From the NCBI RefSeq assembly GCF_016433145.1, contig NC_058132.1:88801392-88865391 (forward strand): DNA of 64,000 bases. The letters are read 5' to 3'. This document shows, piece by piece, positions 38,200 through 49,619 of this stretch. Each line of letters starts with the position of its first letter. Position 1 is the first letter of the stretch. The DNA comes from Gracilinanus agilis. Its lineage: Eukaryota. A program made the translations under genes and the position numbers. A model generated the notes under the pieces. The model made no database searches, was not told the DNA's origin, and worked only from the letters and a program-made list of their open reading frames with translations.

Positions 38200-39010
38200 A
38201 ATTCTTAAAATTAATGTCATACAGTTTTGGTAGTGATGATGGGGTGATATGGGTTAAATGATAATTAAATCAGATGTGCTTCAAACTCATTTTGAATGAC
38301 TTGACTGAATACTTGTTAATGATTCAGTGTCAATAGAGAAATAGTTCTCTAAAGGTGAACCTTTGGAAACTGTGCTTGGACAATGCTTTAAATAGTTTTG
38401 TCACTGACTTGGAATAAGACATAGATTGTATACTCTTTAAATCTTCAGATGACACAAAACAGGAAGGAATCATTAACAGACTATATAATGAAATCAATAT
38501 CCAAAAGGTCTTAACAGGCTAGAGCACAGGGTTGAATTTAAGGAGATAATATTAAGTAGAGATAAATTAAGTTTTTCATGTGAGCATCAAAACAATCAAC
38601 TTTATAAGTCAAAGATGGGAGAAGTGTATTTAGACAAAAAGACCTAATAAAGATCTGGAAGAGGGTATTGTTTCTTTAAGTAAGAGTCAATGGTGTGACA
38701 CTTGGTCAGGAAAAAAAATGCTATCTAGAGCTGCATTAAGATGGCATAACTTTCAGCCAAATGGAAGTGATAGTCCCACTGTACTCTGAACTTATCTGGA
38801 CTCTTGTCTTCAATTCTAGGCACCATGGTTTAAGAAGGACATTTGTAAGAGTGATAGTATCATCCGGAGAACCAGGATAGTGAATATCTTGAAAACACAT
38901 CATATGAGTATTCTTTAAAATAACTGATCATGTTTAGCCTGGAGAAGAAAAGACTAAGGGGAGCAAATGATACTGAAGATGTTTTCAAAACTGTGAAATG
39001 GTACTATGGG
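38200..39010 (+). mobile_element. L3/CR1 RT fragment
   Basis: tcttcagatgacacaaaac (FADDT-type), cactgtactctg...tcaattctaggcaccatggtttaagaaggacatt. Confidence 0.8.
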
Positions 39011-39428
39011 TTAGCCTTTGACATCTTTGACAGAACCAGATGAATAAAATGAGGCACAGGGTTAAGTGAAAACTTAATATCATATACATACTAAACAAAG
39101 CCTAATTGCAAACCAGGTTATTGGACTCAAGTCCAGAATTCACTTAAATTGTAATGAAATTCATGAAATTATAGAGTTGATGTTTAATGGTTGGGTCTGT
39201 ACAAGAATGGAATGAAATAGATAGTTTTTGTGAACTATCTAGCCATTCCCAGAATAAGAGGAGATGGAGAAAGACAAAGGGGGAATATAGTAGATGAGTG
39301 ACAATATAATCTATAAGGAAATAGAATAGTGATAAAAAATCTAACAAAGCCCTTAGTACACCTGATCTTTCTTTTCTTGTAGGAGTGATCAGGTATGAGA
39401 TGGGATTGTGGCTCTGTGCAGAAGCTCC

Positions 39429-40388
39429 ATGGCTGACTTCAATGCCAGTAGTCCCATATCCACCACATTCTATCTCACTGGAATCCCTGGTTATGAGGGA
39501 GCACACCACTGGATCTCCATCCCTTTCTGTGTCCTCTACATGATTGGAATTCTGGGAAACTGTACCATCCTTCATATTGTCCGGACCGACCCAAGCCTCC
39601 ATGAACCCATGTATTATTTCTTGGCCATGTTGTCCCTCACTGATATGGGCATGTCCCTTCCCACTCTTGTATCTCTCTTTCGAGTTCTATGGTCCATTTC
39701 CAGGGAGATTGAATTCAACATTTGTGTAGTTCAGATGTTTTTCATTCATACTTTCTCCTTCACAGAATCAGCCGTGCTCCTAGCAATGGCTTTTGACCGC
39801 TATGTAGCCATTTGCAACCCCTTGCGATATGCCACCATCCTCACACTACAACGCATTGCTAAGATTGGAATAGCAGCTTTCCTTCGGAGTGCATTTTGCA
39901 TGATTCCACTTTTGGCTCGTCTAGCATACTTCCCTTTCTGCCATTCCCATGTCCTCTCCCACTCCTACTGCCTACATCAGGATATGATTCGCTTGGCTTG
40001 TGCTGATACCAAGTTTAATGTCATCTATGGGTTGGTTTTAATCACTGTACTGTGGGGATTTGACTCCCTGGGCATCTTGGTGTCCTATATCTTTATTCTC
40101 CGTTCTGTGCTGAGCATTGCATCCCGGGAGGAGAGACTCAAAGCCCTCAACACGTGTGCCTCCCACATCTGTGCCGTCCTCATTCTCTATGTGCCTATGA
40201 TTGGCCTGTCTATTGTTCACCGTTTTGCAAAAGATGCTTCTCCTCTTGTTCATATTCTCATGGCCCATATCTACCTGCTGGTCCCCCCAGTGCTAAATCC
40301 TATCATCTACAGTGTGAAGACCAAGCAGATTCGTAGAGGGGTCATGCGTCTACTTGCCCCGAAAAGGATCCGTTCTCTCCTGGAGTAG
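39429..40388 (+). CDS. Class I olfactory receptor, family 51 (gene 1), intact, 319 aa
   Basis: LHEPMY, MAFDRYVAICNPLRY, HSYCLHQD, KALNTC, VHRF, PPVLNPIIY; first in-frame ATG at 39429 (the ORF track starts at a GTG). Confidence 0.97.
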   Translation: MADFNASSPISTTFYLTGIPGYEGAHHWISIPFCVLYMIGILGNCTILHIVRTDPSLHEPMYYFLAMLSLTDMGMSLPTLVSLFRVLWSISREIEFNICVVQMFFIHTFSFTESAVLLAMAFDRYVAICNPLRYATILTLQRIAKIGIAAFLRSAFCMIPLLARLAYFPFCHSHVLSHSYCLHQDMIRLACADTKFNVIYGLVLITVLWGFDSLGILVSYIFILRSVLSIASREERLKALNTCASHICAVLILYVPMIGLSIVHRFAKDASPLVHILMAHIYLLVPPVLNPIIYSVKTKQIRRGVMRLLAPKRIRSLLE

Positions 40389-43049
40389 AAATAATCTTCA
40401 ATATATCTGCCCCTATGATAGACTGAGAATCAGTCCTGAATGGATATGGGAGCATAATGACCCTTCTCTCAATCACATGTAGTTTACCTGGGAAGAAGAG
40501 AAAATAGGGAACTACCTGTACCAATGGTATAAAATTCAAGTAGAAAATAATCCCAGCTGACCTCATATTGAATTAGGAAACCCCAAATTAACGTCACCTA
40601 TGTTTTTTGCATTTTCATTCATTTTAAACATTTAAAGTTAATCACTTTTCATTTACATTTTAATCTAGTTCAGATGGTGGTCCACAGCTGTGAGTCTGAT
40701 GACTGATCTACAGTCATTCTCATGAAGACTCGATACTAGTCAAGCAAATTTTCCTACTTTTCTTCACTTTCAAGGTTAACACTTATCATGTTTATTGGTT
40801 TCTTCCACATGAAATATTTTCTCTTTTCACTGCTTTTGACAGTTTACTTGCTGATGTAACATTACAAGTTTATAACAGCTGACAATTGCCTATACCAAAG
40901 CTGTTTTATGTCGCCCTAAAGTAGCAAGTCAGAACTAAGGCAGTAGTTTTGGATATGGAGTCCTTGTTACCACTAGTACATGTGAGTAGAGTCCAGGCCA
41001 AGATTTCAGTTCATTGATTAGAAGAAACATTTGTTCCAAATGATCTCTTCATTAAACACAATTTTCTTATTCAACTTGGATTCCAGTTTGATGACTGAAG
41101 CTTTATCCAACCCCTCTCTGTAAATGGTATAGATAGAGAGACATTTGGCTACTGATTATTTGAATTTTAGAGATCTGAAACTAGGACCTCGATCCCCTGA
41201 TTCCATAGTTCAATCACTCTCTTGCCCTCCTATAGTCCTCATACTTCCTTGTTTGAGCTTAAGACCTCATAGTTTCTCAATATAATATTTTGGGACATAA
41301 AATTTCCCTATAGCATGGGGAATCCAGATAAATTGTTAATGAAAACACCACTGACTCACTCAGACTCTACTATTCCTATGTCTCAAATTTCCCAATTTCA
41401 TACTTTTCTTCTCCAAAAAGCTTCTATTATCTCTTTGAAGTGATCTGCACAGTGAACTAAAGGTCAGCTTTGAAAAAAAGTTCACATTGGCTGTCCAATA
41501 TTGATGTCTTTTGGTTTTAATGTTTTCAGGAAAGGCTATGAAGTGGCTTCCGAGGAAATAAGGATGAAGCAAAGATATAACCAGGATCTAGAAAGGACAA
41601 TATATACATATATATGCACATACATATATATGTGATCAAGGCTTAGATGGGAATTTCAGGCCAGAGATGGGGATAAAAATGATTTAATGTTCATTTAGTA
41701 AAGAAGTTATTATTTAACTTGGCCCTCCAAGGTTCAGCCCTTTAAGCATGCCCTCCTAATCACTATCAACTAGGAGCTGAATGAAGCCTTGTTTCTTCTA
41801 CCAGAATAAAAGTGGCCCCTTGACAATGTTAGTGCAATAAGCCAACTCCATATGCAAGGACGACAAGCAAAGCCTCAAAGAATGCTAACTCTGTAAAAGG
41901 GATATTTCATATATTAGGTTGACTCATATTAGAACAGCCTACCTTTTAGGGAAGCTTAAGGTAGCTCACCTCCTGAGATATCACAGAACTAATGAGGACC
42001 AAGGGCTTTATTTTTTTATAGGGAAGGGAAGGGACTCTGAAATAGTTGGTTAGTTTTCCATATCTAATAAAATGAGCAAATAGATGTACAAGTTAGCTAT
42101 GAAGGTAGAAGGGGATACAGAGACAGATTCTTACGAGGAATCTAACCAATCACCTCCCAAATATGTCTTGTTTTCCCTATGACTGTAACATCTCTCCTAC
42201 AAATCCTACATTTAGCAGCTAACATTTACATAGCACTTTTTGGTTTATGCAATATTTTAATAAGAACCTTGTGAAATAACTTTTAAAAGCACAGTTATAT
42301 GATTTTTTTACTCAAGAAACTCCCCAGGGTTCTTAGGAGAATAAAAATAATTATTCTTTTTTATTTGAGGTCATTCACAATATGACTTCAGCTCATCCCT
42401 CCAGAATGATTTTAGAACCTTCATATATTTTATTTCCCATCCAAATTGATCCACTTAATATTTCCTTTGTAATACATTCCATTTTCTGTCTACCTGACTT
42501 TGTAAAGGCTATGAATTTTCAATGTCTTGGAAACTTTCTCTTCTTACTTCAACATTTTGAAATTACTAGTTTCATTTAAAGTTCATCTAAGTTACCACCT
42601 CCTACAAGAGACTTTTCTCAATTCTTGTATTTGTACTACACTATCAATTATTTTTTATCTTTATATACATTTTTATATAAATTTTTGTAATTAATTACTT
42701 TCTCCCTTCTGAACTTTTGTAATTATTGTCGCTTGTACAATGCAATTAATTTTGGTGTGATTCCTCTTCAAAGTAATCTGTACAGTCTTGAATAATATGT
42801 TTAATGTCTTATACTTCCCCCCTTCCTCAATTTACTTAGACAGTATGTAATACAAGACTCAATACATGACTAACACCTGTTTGGTGGCAGGTATCACAAT
42901 TTAGAAGAGCATTTTTATTTCAGAAGTGGTTTTAATTTCCAGGTGTTCTGCTTTTTCACTGCCTAAATAATCTGACCCTTAGTTTTTAAATCTGTAATAA
43001 AATGGGGTAATAAAAATAACTTTCAGCTTTAATTCATAAAATAATCTAA

Positions 43050-43477
43050 TGCCCCATATAAGGGAGATATTCTCCCTCAAAGTGTCCCCTTAATTACGTG
43101 CAGGTAATACTTAATATATTTCAAAGTGATCCCTTTGAAAGGGATGGAGAATAGAGAATTAAGTGTCATGTTAATTCTCCACCAGTTTCATACAAAAAAA
43201 TAGGCAATATAGTTATGAAGTACAAATATTTTTCCCACCGAGGGTTATGGTTTCTTGTTTTTATCAGAACAAAGTCTCTTCCCACAAGGGACACAAAGAT
43301 TCCATAAATAGAGAGCTTTGCCTGAATCATGTATGCTGATATGCTTTCCTTCCCTGGGATTCCACCATCAAATATAAGCCTGGAGAACCAAGGAACTTTA
43401 TATGATCGTCTCCCAAGTGAAACACATAAGAAGGCATTTGAGTAGGCTGAGAGCAACTATCTTGCATCTGAGTGAGT
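43050..43477 (+). promoter_or_regulatory. Candidate promoter/first exon of OR51 gene 2
   Basis: TAATTA near 43091; O/E-like TCCCTGGGAT 43351-43360; donor GTGAGT 43472-43477; block conserved at 58700-59107. Confidence 0.55.
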
Positions 43478-43749
43478 AGATGTAGGGGAAATAGCAACCT
43501 GAGATGGGAGAAGAAAGGACTCAGGAATAGAAAGAGAAAAAAGGTTTAAGAGTGAATCTGAGAATGTAGAGGAAGAAAAGCAGGGACTAAGCTCTGGCAA
43601 TGTCTTAGGGGAAAGGATAGGTGCAATGTCTATCAAAATTGCAGGTGATACAAGGGTAGAAGATACTTCAATAGTTAAAGTGATATAATCAGTATAAAAA
43701 TTATCTTGGTAGTTAATCAAACAAGCCAAATTAAAATTTCAAAATAGCT

Positions 43750-44420
43750 TATAAAAAATTTGTGTCTAAACAAATTTCATGGGAACAGAATGGATGAATT
43801 ATGATAAATTATTATTTAAAAAATCCGAGGATTTTAGCAAACTACCTGGTCAATCACGTTTGATAAGGTAGGCTATTTTGTGCAAAACTAAAGAAAGAGT
43901 GGAATGCTGTTAATAAGGGAAATGAAGGATTTGGACTAGATTACATCTAATGCCAGATCTTTTTTTTTTATCATATTATAATCCTACTATAAACTATTTG
44001 GCTTAGACTACATCTGTAGTACCTATTCTGATCTGAATTAATAACTGATAACATACAATCTGGAGAATAATGGAATGTAATAAATATAGTAATGAACCTG
44101 ACAGAATTTCCCAGAAAGATAGCTGAAGCAACTGAGGGCATTTGTTCTGTAAAAATAGAAAGTAGGATGGAATATGATAGTTCTTTGCAATTATTTAAAG
44201 AACTGCCCTTCTGGTTAGGGATTTTCCACCAGAAGCAAAACTAGAAATCATATGTGGATATTAAAAAAAACTCATTTAGAATGTTATGAGGAAAAAATTG
44301 CTAACAATAAGAAAAATGCAGAATTGGAATGTGTTATTTCCAGAGGAAGTGAGTTGTCCATCACTGGGAATCATCAAAGGGAGGAGAGATATAGTGACTG
44401 AATTCACTTTAAAACACAAG
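43750..44420 (+). mobile_element. Decayed L3/CR1 (paralog near 59620-60330)
   Basis: CR1 3' motifs (tttaaagaactgcc, gaggaagtgagttgtccatcactgg). Confidence 0.55.
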
Positions 44421-45116
44421 TTTGGAATTTATAGGGGAATTATTCTTGCAAACCATACCCAGAACAACTGAGACCTCTGGGACTCTTTTCCCATTTTAGC
44501 ATTACATTAAAATGAAAACAAATATAGATGAAGGAAACAGAGAATTTACTGTGAATGGAAAAAGGGAATAAGAGACAATAGACTGGAGAGATGTTGAATC
44601 TAATGTTAATCCCACATGGGGAACAAAGGAGATAAATTATTAAACACAGTGGTATTAATTTCTTGGTGAAGAGGAGATCCATCTTAAAAATGTAAATCCC
44701 ATGCTCCTTATAATCTTCCAATTTAAATCTATAGTAAAGAAAATGAAATAGCTTGTATAGCTAGAACCCCAGATTTCATTCTAATGAGGGACTATGTTTA
44801 TTTGAAAGACTCTATGCCCCTTGTTCCAGGGTTGAGAATTAAGGAAAAGGAGTCCAGTAATAAATGCAATGATATCAAACTATTCAGAGGTGTAAGAAAA
44901 GTCCTTCTCTTGTTGTTTTCATAGGTTTTCATAGTTTTTAGAATTAGAAGGGATCTACTTCCTAAAAGAATACACCCATTTTACCCATGAAGATATGGTG
45001 GTCTAGACATGTTAAGTAATTTGCCCGAGGCTATAAGTGTTAGAAGTGGAATTCAAATCCAGAGCTCTAAATGCAGGATTCCTTCCAAAATACTATCCAT
45101 TCCCAACTCATTAAAT

Positions 45117-45368
45117 GTTGTCCTTCAATTGTTTGAGTGCTCTTGAACTCTTTATGACTCCATTTGGTGTTCTTTTGACAGAGATACTGGAGTGGTTTGC
45201 CATTTCCTTCTCTAATTCATTTTATAAATAATGAAGTGAGGCAGACAGGGATAAGTATCTTCCCACGGGTAACACAGCTAGCAAGTATCTGAGGTCAGCT
45301 TCAAACCCAGTGTGATGAGTCTTCCTGACTTTAAAATTGGCACTCTATCCATTTTGGTACCTAGCTGC
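45117..45368 (-). mobile_element. MAR1-like SINE, present only in the first duplicate
   Basis: gagatactggagtggtttgccatttccttctc RTE tail plus MIR-like head; degenerate TSD ctcattaaat / ctcagtaaat. Confidence 0.88.
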
Positions 45369-46269
45369 ACAATCTCAGTAAATATTGATATTATTATGGA
45401 GTATGTCATAAAAGAAAAATCCATTGCTTACAATTGAGGATAGAAGTCAAGGAAAGTCTTTTTTTCTCATGGCCCATGCCTTGGGGAAGCATCAATTACC
45501 CCAACAGAAAGAAAATCTTTATGGATTAAGTGGGATTATGATTGAACCATGCTTTCCTCCTACTCACCCCAACCCCATGATCATTACTATATAATACATA
45601 GAAAATACATCATACTGGTTTCACAATAGGGCAATCACTGGAGGCAGGAGAGGTTGTTGTGTTCTAACAGAGGGAACAGAAGTATATTAGGCTGGTAAAT
45701 GAGAATTAGAGTACAGAATAGGATGCACCCCCAGTGTCCTTTGGATGTTATTTTATCAAGAACTTGGGAAAATAAAGGCAAAAACTCATAGGTTAGGCAT
45801 GACTGCTAAATCATACAGAAGTAGAGATGTATTCAGTAATTTCATTATTCACATGAAGACAGGGAAAATTCTCTCTCTTTGTCACCACAGGTAAAACATT
45901 CAACAAAACAAAAACAAATATCATATTTGAGTATGAAATAAAAATGATTATAGAAGACGACAGAGACAGTATAGAAAATGAAGGCAAAGATTGACTCAGG
46001 ACCTTGTTGTCTAGCTGATCTTTCTATAATATCAATAGCAGAATAATAGACTTAAAAATATTAGACACCCTTGAACTCCAGAACCATTTTATGATTATCA
46101 GAAAAAGGGGAGGGGAAAGGGTGAATAGTACAGACATACAATTTTAAAATGAGATGATGGAAGTAGGTAATGTTGTTATGGTGCAGAACATAGTGAAGGC
46201 CTCATTCTAACCTTTATTCTGTTTTTCCATTTTTAAGGGGATGGGATTTTGTCCCTGTGGGTTATGTTC

Positions 46270-47229
46270 ATGGCAGTCTTCAATGCCAGTAGCATCCCTT
46301 CCTCCACATTCTACCTTACTGGAATTCCAGGTTATGAGGCAATACACCACTGGGTCTCTATCCCCTTCTGCATCTTCTACTTTATTGGAATAGCAGGTAA
46401 CTGCACCATCCTTCATGCTATCCGGACTGACCAAAGTCTCCATGAACCCATGTACTATTTCTTGGCAATGTTGTCTTTTGCAGACATGGGCATGTGCCTT
46501 CCCACCCTTGTATCTGTCCTCCGAGTGTTGTGGTCCATTTCTAGGGAGATTGAATTCAATACTTGTGTGATACAGATGTTTTTTATCCACTCCTTCTCCT
46601 TCATGGAATCAGCAGTGCTCCTAGCAATGGCCTTTGATCGCTATATAGCCATCTGCCATCCCCTGAGGTATACCACCATCCTCACTCCACAACGTATTGC
46701 TAGAATTGGTATAGTTGCTTTTCTTCGGAGCTCCCTCCCTGTCATTCCATTGATGATCCGGCTGACGTACTTCCCATTCTGCCATTCCCATGTCCTCTCT
46801 CATTCTTACTGCCTGCATCAGGATATAATACGCCTGGTTTGTGCAGATACTAAATTTAACTCTATCTATGGTTTGGTTGTAATTGCTCTATACTGGGGAT
46901 TAGATTCTCTGGGCATCTTGGTGTCTTACATCTTCATCCTTCGCTCTGTGTTGAACATTGCATCCTGGGAGGAGAGGCTGAAGGCCCTGAACACATGTGC
47001 CTCTCACATCTGTGCTGTTCTCATCCTCTATGTGCCCATGATTGGCCTTTCCATTGTCCATCGTTTTGCCAAGCATGCCTCTCCTCTTGTGCATATCCTT
47101 ATGGCTGACATCTACCTGCTAGTGCCTCCTGTTCTCAATCCCATCATCTACAGTGTGAAAAACAAGAAAATTCGTAGGGGAATCATTCACCTGATCACCC
47201 CCAAGAGAATCCACTCCACCCTGAGGTAG
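46270..47229 (+). CDS. Class I olfactory receptor, family 51 (gene 2), intact, 319 aa (alternative in-frame ATG at 46264)
   Basis: All canonical OR51 motifs present. Confidence 0.97.
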   Translation: MAVFNASSIPSSTFYLTGIPGYEAIHHWVSIPFCIFYFIGIAGNCTILHAIRTDQSLHEPMYYFLAMLSFADMGMCLPTLVSVLRVLWSISREIEFNTCVIQMFFIHSFSFMESAVLLAMAFDRYIAICHPLRYTTILTPQRIARIGIVAFLRSSLPVIPLMIRLTYFPFCHSHVLSHSYCLHQDIIRLVCADTKFNSIYGLVVIALYWGLDSLGILVSYIFILRSVLNIASWEERLKALNTCASHICAVLILYVPMIGLSIVHRFAKHASPLVHILMADIYLLVPPVLNPIIYSVKNKKIRRGIIHLITPKRIHSTLR

Positions 47230-48221
47230 GTGTTACTAGTCACAATCCCATGAAATTTGTCATTGTGATGACCTGAGTACCAGGCATTCCTGGTCCTCAT
47301 ACATGCACACATACATATGTGAATAAACAGAAAAAATATACAAGCATACACACAGACTTACTGATATGGCTTATGTGAGAAGGAAACAAAATAATATTGC
47401 TAGTAAGAAGATTTTAAAATGTGAGAACCTTTAAGAATCACTTATATACCTGTATTCTATAGATCTTAGCTCCTCTCAGGTTAGTTTCTTCAATATGCAG
47501 CATGCTATCTAACTGATTTATCTTAAGTTCTACTATGGTGCTATCCTCCTTTCTCCCTTTTAATCCATTCCCAACTTCTCTGAATAAAGATATACTTCAC
47601 TAGATATTTTGTATCTGATATTAAAATATTAACTACAGAAGCTATCTAGTTTCATCTTCTTACCTGTTTTAATCTGTTATTTCCCCTGAAGAACAAAAGT
47701 CATTTTCAATCCAATGATTTCTTTAAATTACTCTTGGATTTCAAGGACTAGGTTTGTGTGAGTTGGAGGCAGAACCAATGCCTTTCTCTACTAAAAGTTT
47801 GTGTTGCCAATCACATAAAATGCCAAGATTTTGCAGATGAAGTTTCAAAGGAAAGATGAGGTACAAATTCATTTATGTTGTCCTTTCTTTGACAAAGAAA
47901 ATGTCTTTTGGAAAGGAAGTGATGGAATGAATATGGTTAGCAGGGAGTTGATTTCTAAAGAAACCAAGAAGAGAGTAAGAGAAGACTTGACTGATCTTGA
48001 TTTCAATTACCTGGTCCAAAATTACTCCATTCTTAGTTATTTCAAACACTGCTTCACCACTATTGGTTGTGTTTGGTTGATAAAGCAGAAAAGAACTCCA
48101 AAAAGAAAAATCTTGTCCTGATTTTCAAAAAGAGGGAAAAAGCTAATGCCTTCAACTGATAGATCAGTGAGCTTGACTTTGATTCCTGGAAATATTCAAG
48201 AATAGATTATTAAATATATGG

Positions 48222-49202
48222 TGGGTAACACAAGGGTTAAAATAAGGTTTTTTAAATAAAAGAGCAGCTTTTAATAATTTAAGTTTTAATGGGAATACAG
48301 TAGAGTTGCAAATTAATATTATCCCTTTAAGCCAGAGAAAAGAAAACTTCTAGCAGCTTTTGACAATTAACAGTTTAGTTTAATTAAAATAGAGATAGTA
48401 AAAGAATATAATAGAATGAATAGTAAAGGAGAGAAATATAGGAAAGAGGTAGATAAAGAAAATTTCCTAATGTCTATACTAGTTATCCTATAACTATCTA
48501 TAATTACTACCTAAAACTGCCTATATCTACCTATAACTGCCTATCACTAACAACCACCCCACAAAGTTCCAACCCAATCCAGCCCAATCAAAACTAACCA
48601 AATCAATGTTTAATTGAACCCCAATTAGGTCTGTCAATGAAGACCAGCCACCTCCCAAAAAGTTCAAGAAGTGCAAAAATCCCTCTAAAGCAGTGGTTCC
48701 CACACTTTTTTGGCCTACTACCCCCTTTCCAGAAAAAAATATTACTTAGCCCCCTAGAAATTAATTTTTTAAATTTTAATAGCAATTAATAAGAAAGGTA
48801 AATGCACCTGTGGCCATCACTGCTTCCCTGGATTGCTGCAGCACCCACCAGGGGGTGGTGGAGCCTACCTTGGGAATCACTGCTCTAAGGGCTAAAGTCA
48901 AAAAGCCCTCTCAGTAAGCTCAGACCTTCCTTTATATTCCAGCAACTAAATGTCAAACACCAACTCACACACTCCCAGCAGCCAACTTCCCGGCAACTGT
49001 TAGGGTTAACTGTCAGCAACTGACAGCCACCAACCCCCAACAACTAACTCATGCCCAGCAGCCAACTTTCCCACAACTGACTGGCCCTGATCAACTGACA
49101 CTGGCCTAGCAGGGGGCTTTCCAGTTCTTACTTCCTGTCACTGTGGGCTGGTTAATCCTTGCATGTCTCTATGGTAAGAGGACCTTCAGGTCCCCTGTTA
49201 AA
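48222..49202 (-). mobile_element. LTR-like element, interrupted by a hAT MITE
   Basis: Internal short repeats (caactg.c, ctataact); termini ..taacacaagggttaaaat and ccttcaggtcccctgtta. Confidence 0.55.
48691..48882 (+). mobile_element. Second hAT-Charlie MITE family (192 bp) with 8-bp TSD
   Basis: TIRs CAGTGGTTCCCA / TGGGAATCACTG; TSD ctctaaag / ctctaagg. Confidence 0.92.
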
Positions 49203-49319
49203 TTAAAAATAAACAAAGAATTCCTTTTTATAGTAGATACCTATAAAAGGAGGCATAGTTATAAAATGGTTATAAAAGTAGTTATAAAAACTATTTTTGA
49301 GACATAATTTAAACCGTAA

Positions 49320-49550
49320 ATCCTCTGAGTTGTATGATGAGTAGAACACTGGTCTTGGAGTCTGAAAAACTTCAGTTTAAACTCATCTTAGGAACTTAGT
49401 ATTTGTCTAATTATAGGGAAGTTATTTACCTTTTCTCCTTTTCTTAATCTGCTAAATATGGATGATAACTGAATTTACATTACGTGGTTGTTGTGATAAT
49501 CAAATGAGCTAGCATTAATAAACCTTAAAACTAAATAAAATGTTACATCA
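49320..49550 (+). mobile_element. MIR
   Basis: agaacactggtcttggagtctga..., aatcaaatgag tail. Confidence 0.65.
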
Positions 49551-49619
49551 AGGTAAATTCAAAATGGTTACATAATTTAGAAATAAAGAGTGGCAGCATA
49601 AACAAAAGAAAGGAGTATA

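Noticed and set aside
39383-39392. Apparent 10-nt microexon (tag|GAGTGATCAG|gtatga) before OR51 gene 1
   Set aside because: The following intron would be ~29 nt, too short; not conserved in genes 2/3
39144-39602. Long antisense ORFs over the OR51 genes (also 46207-46590, 62272-62454, 62911-63105)
   Set aside because: Shadow frames of OR coding sequence, repeated only because the ORs are paralogous
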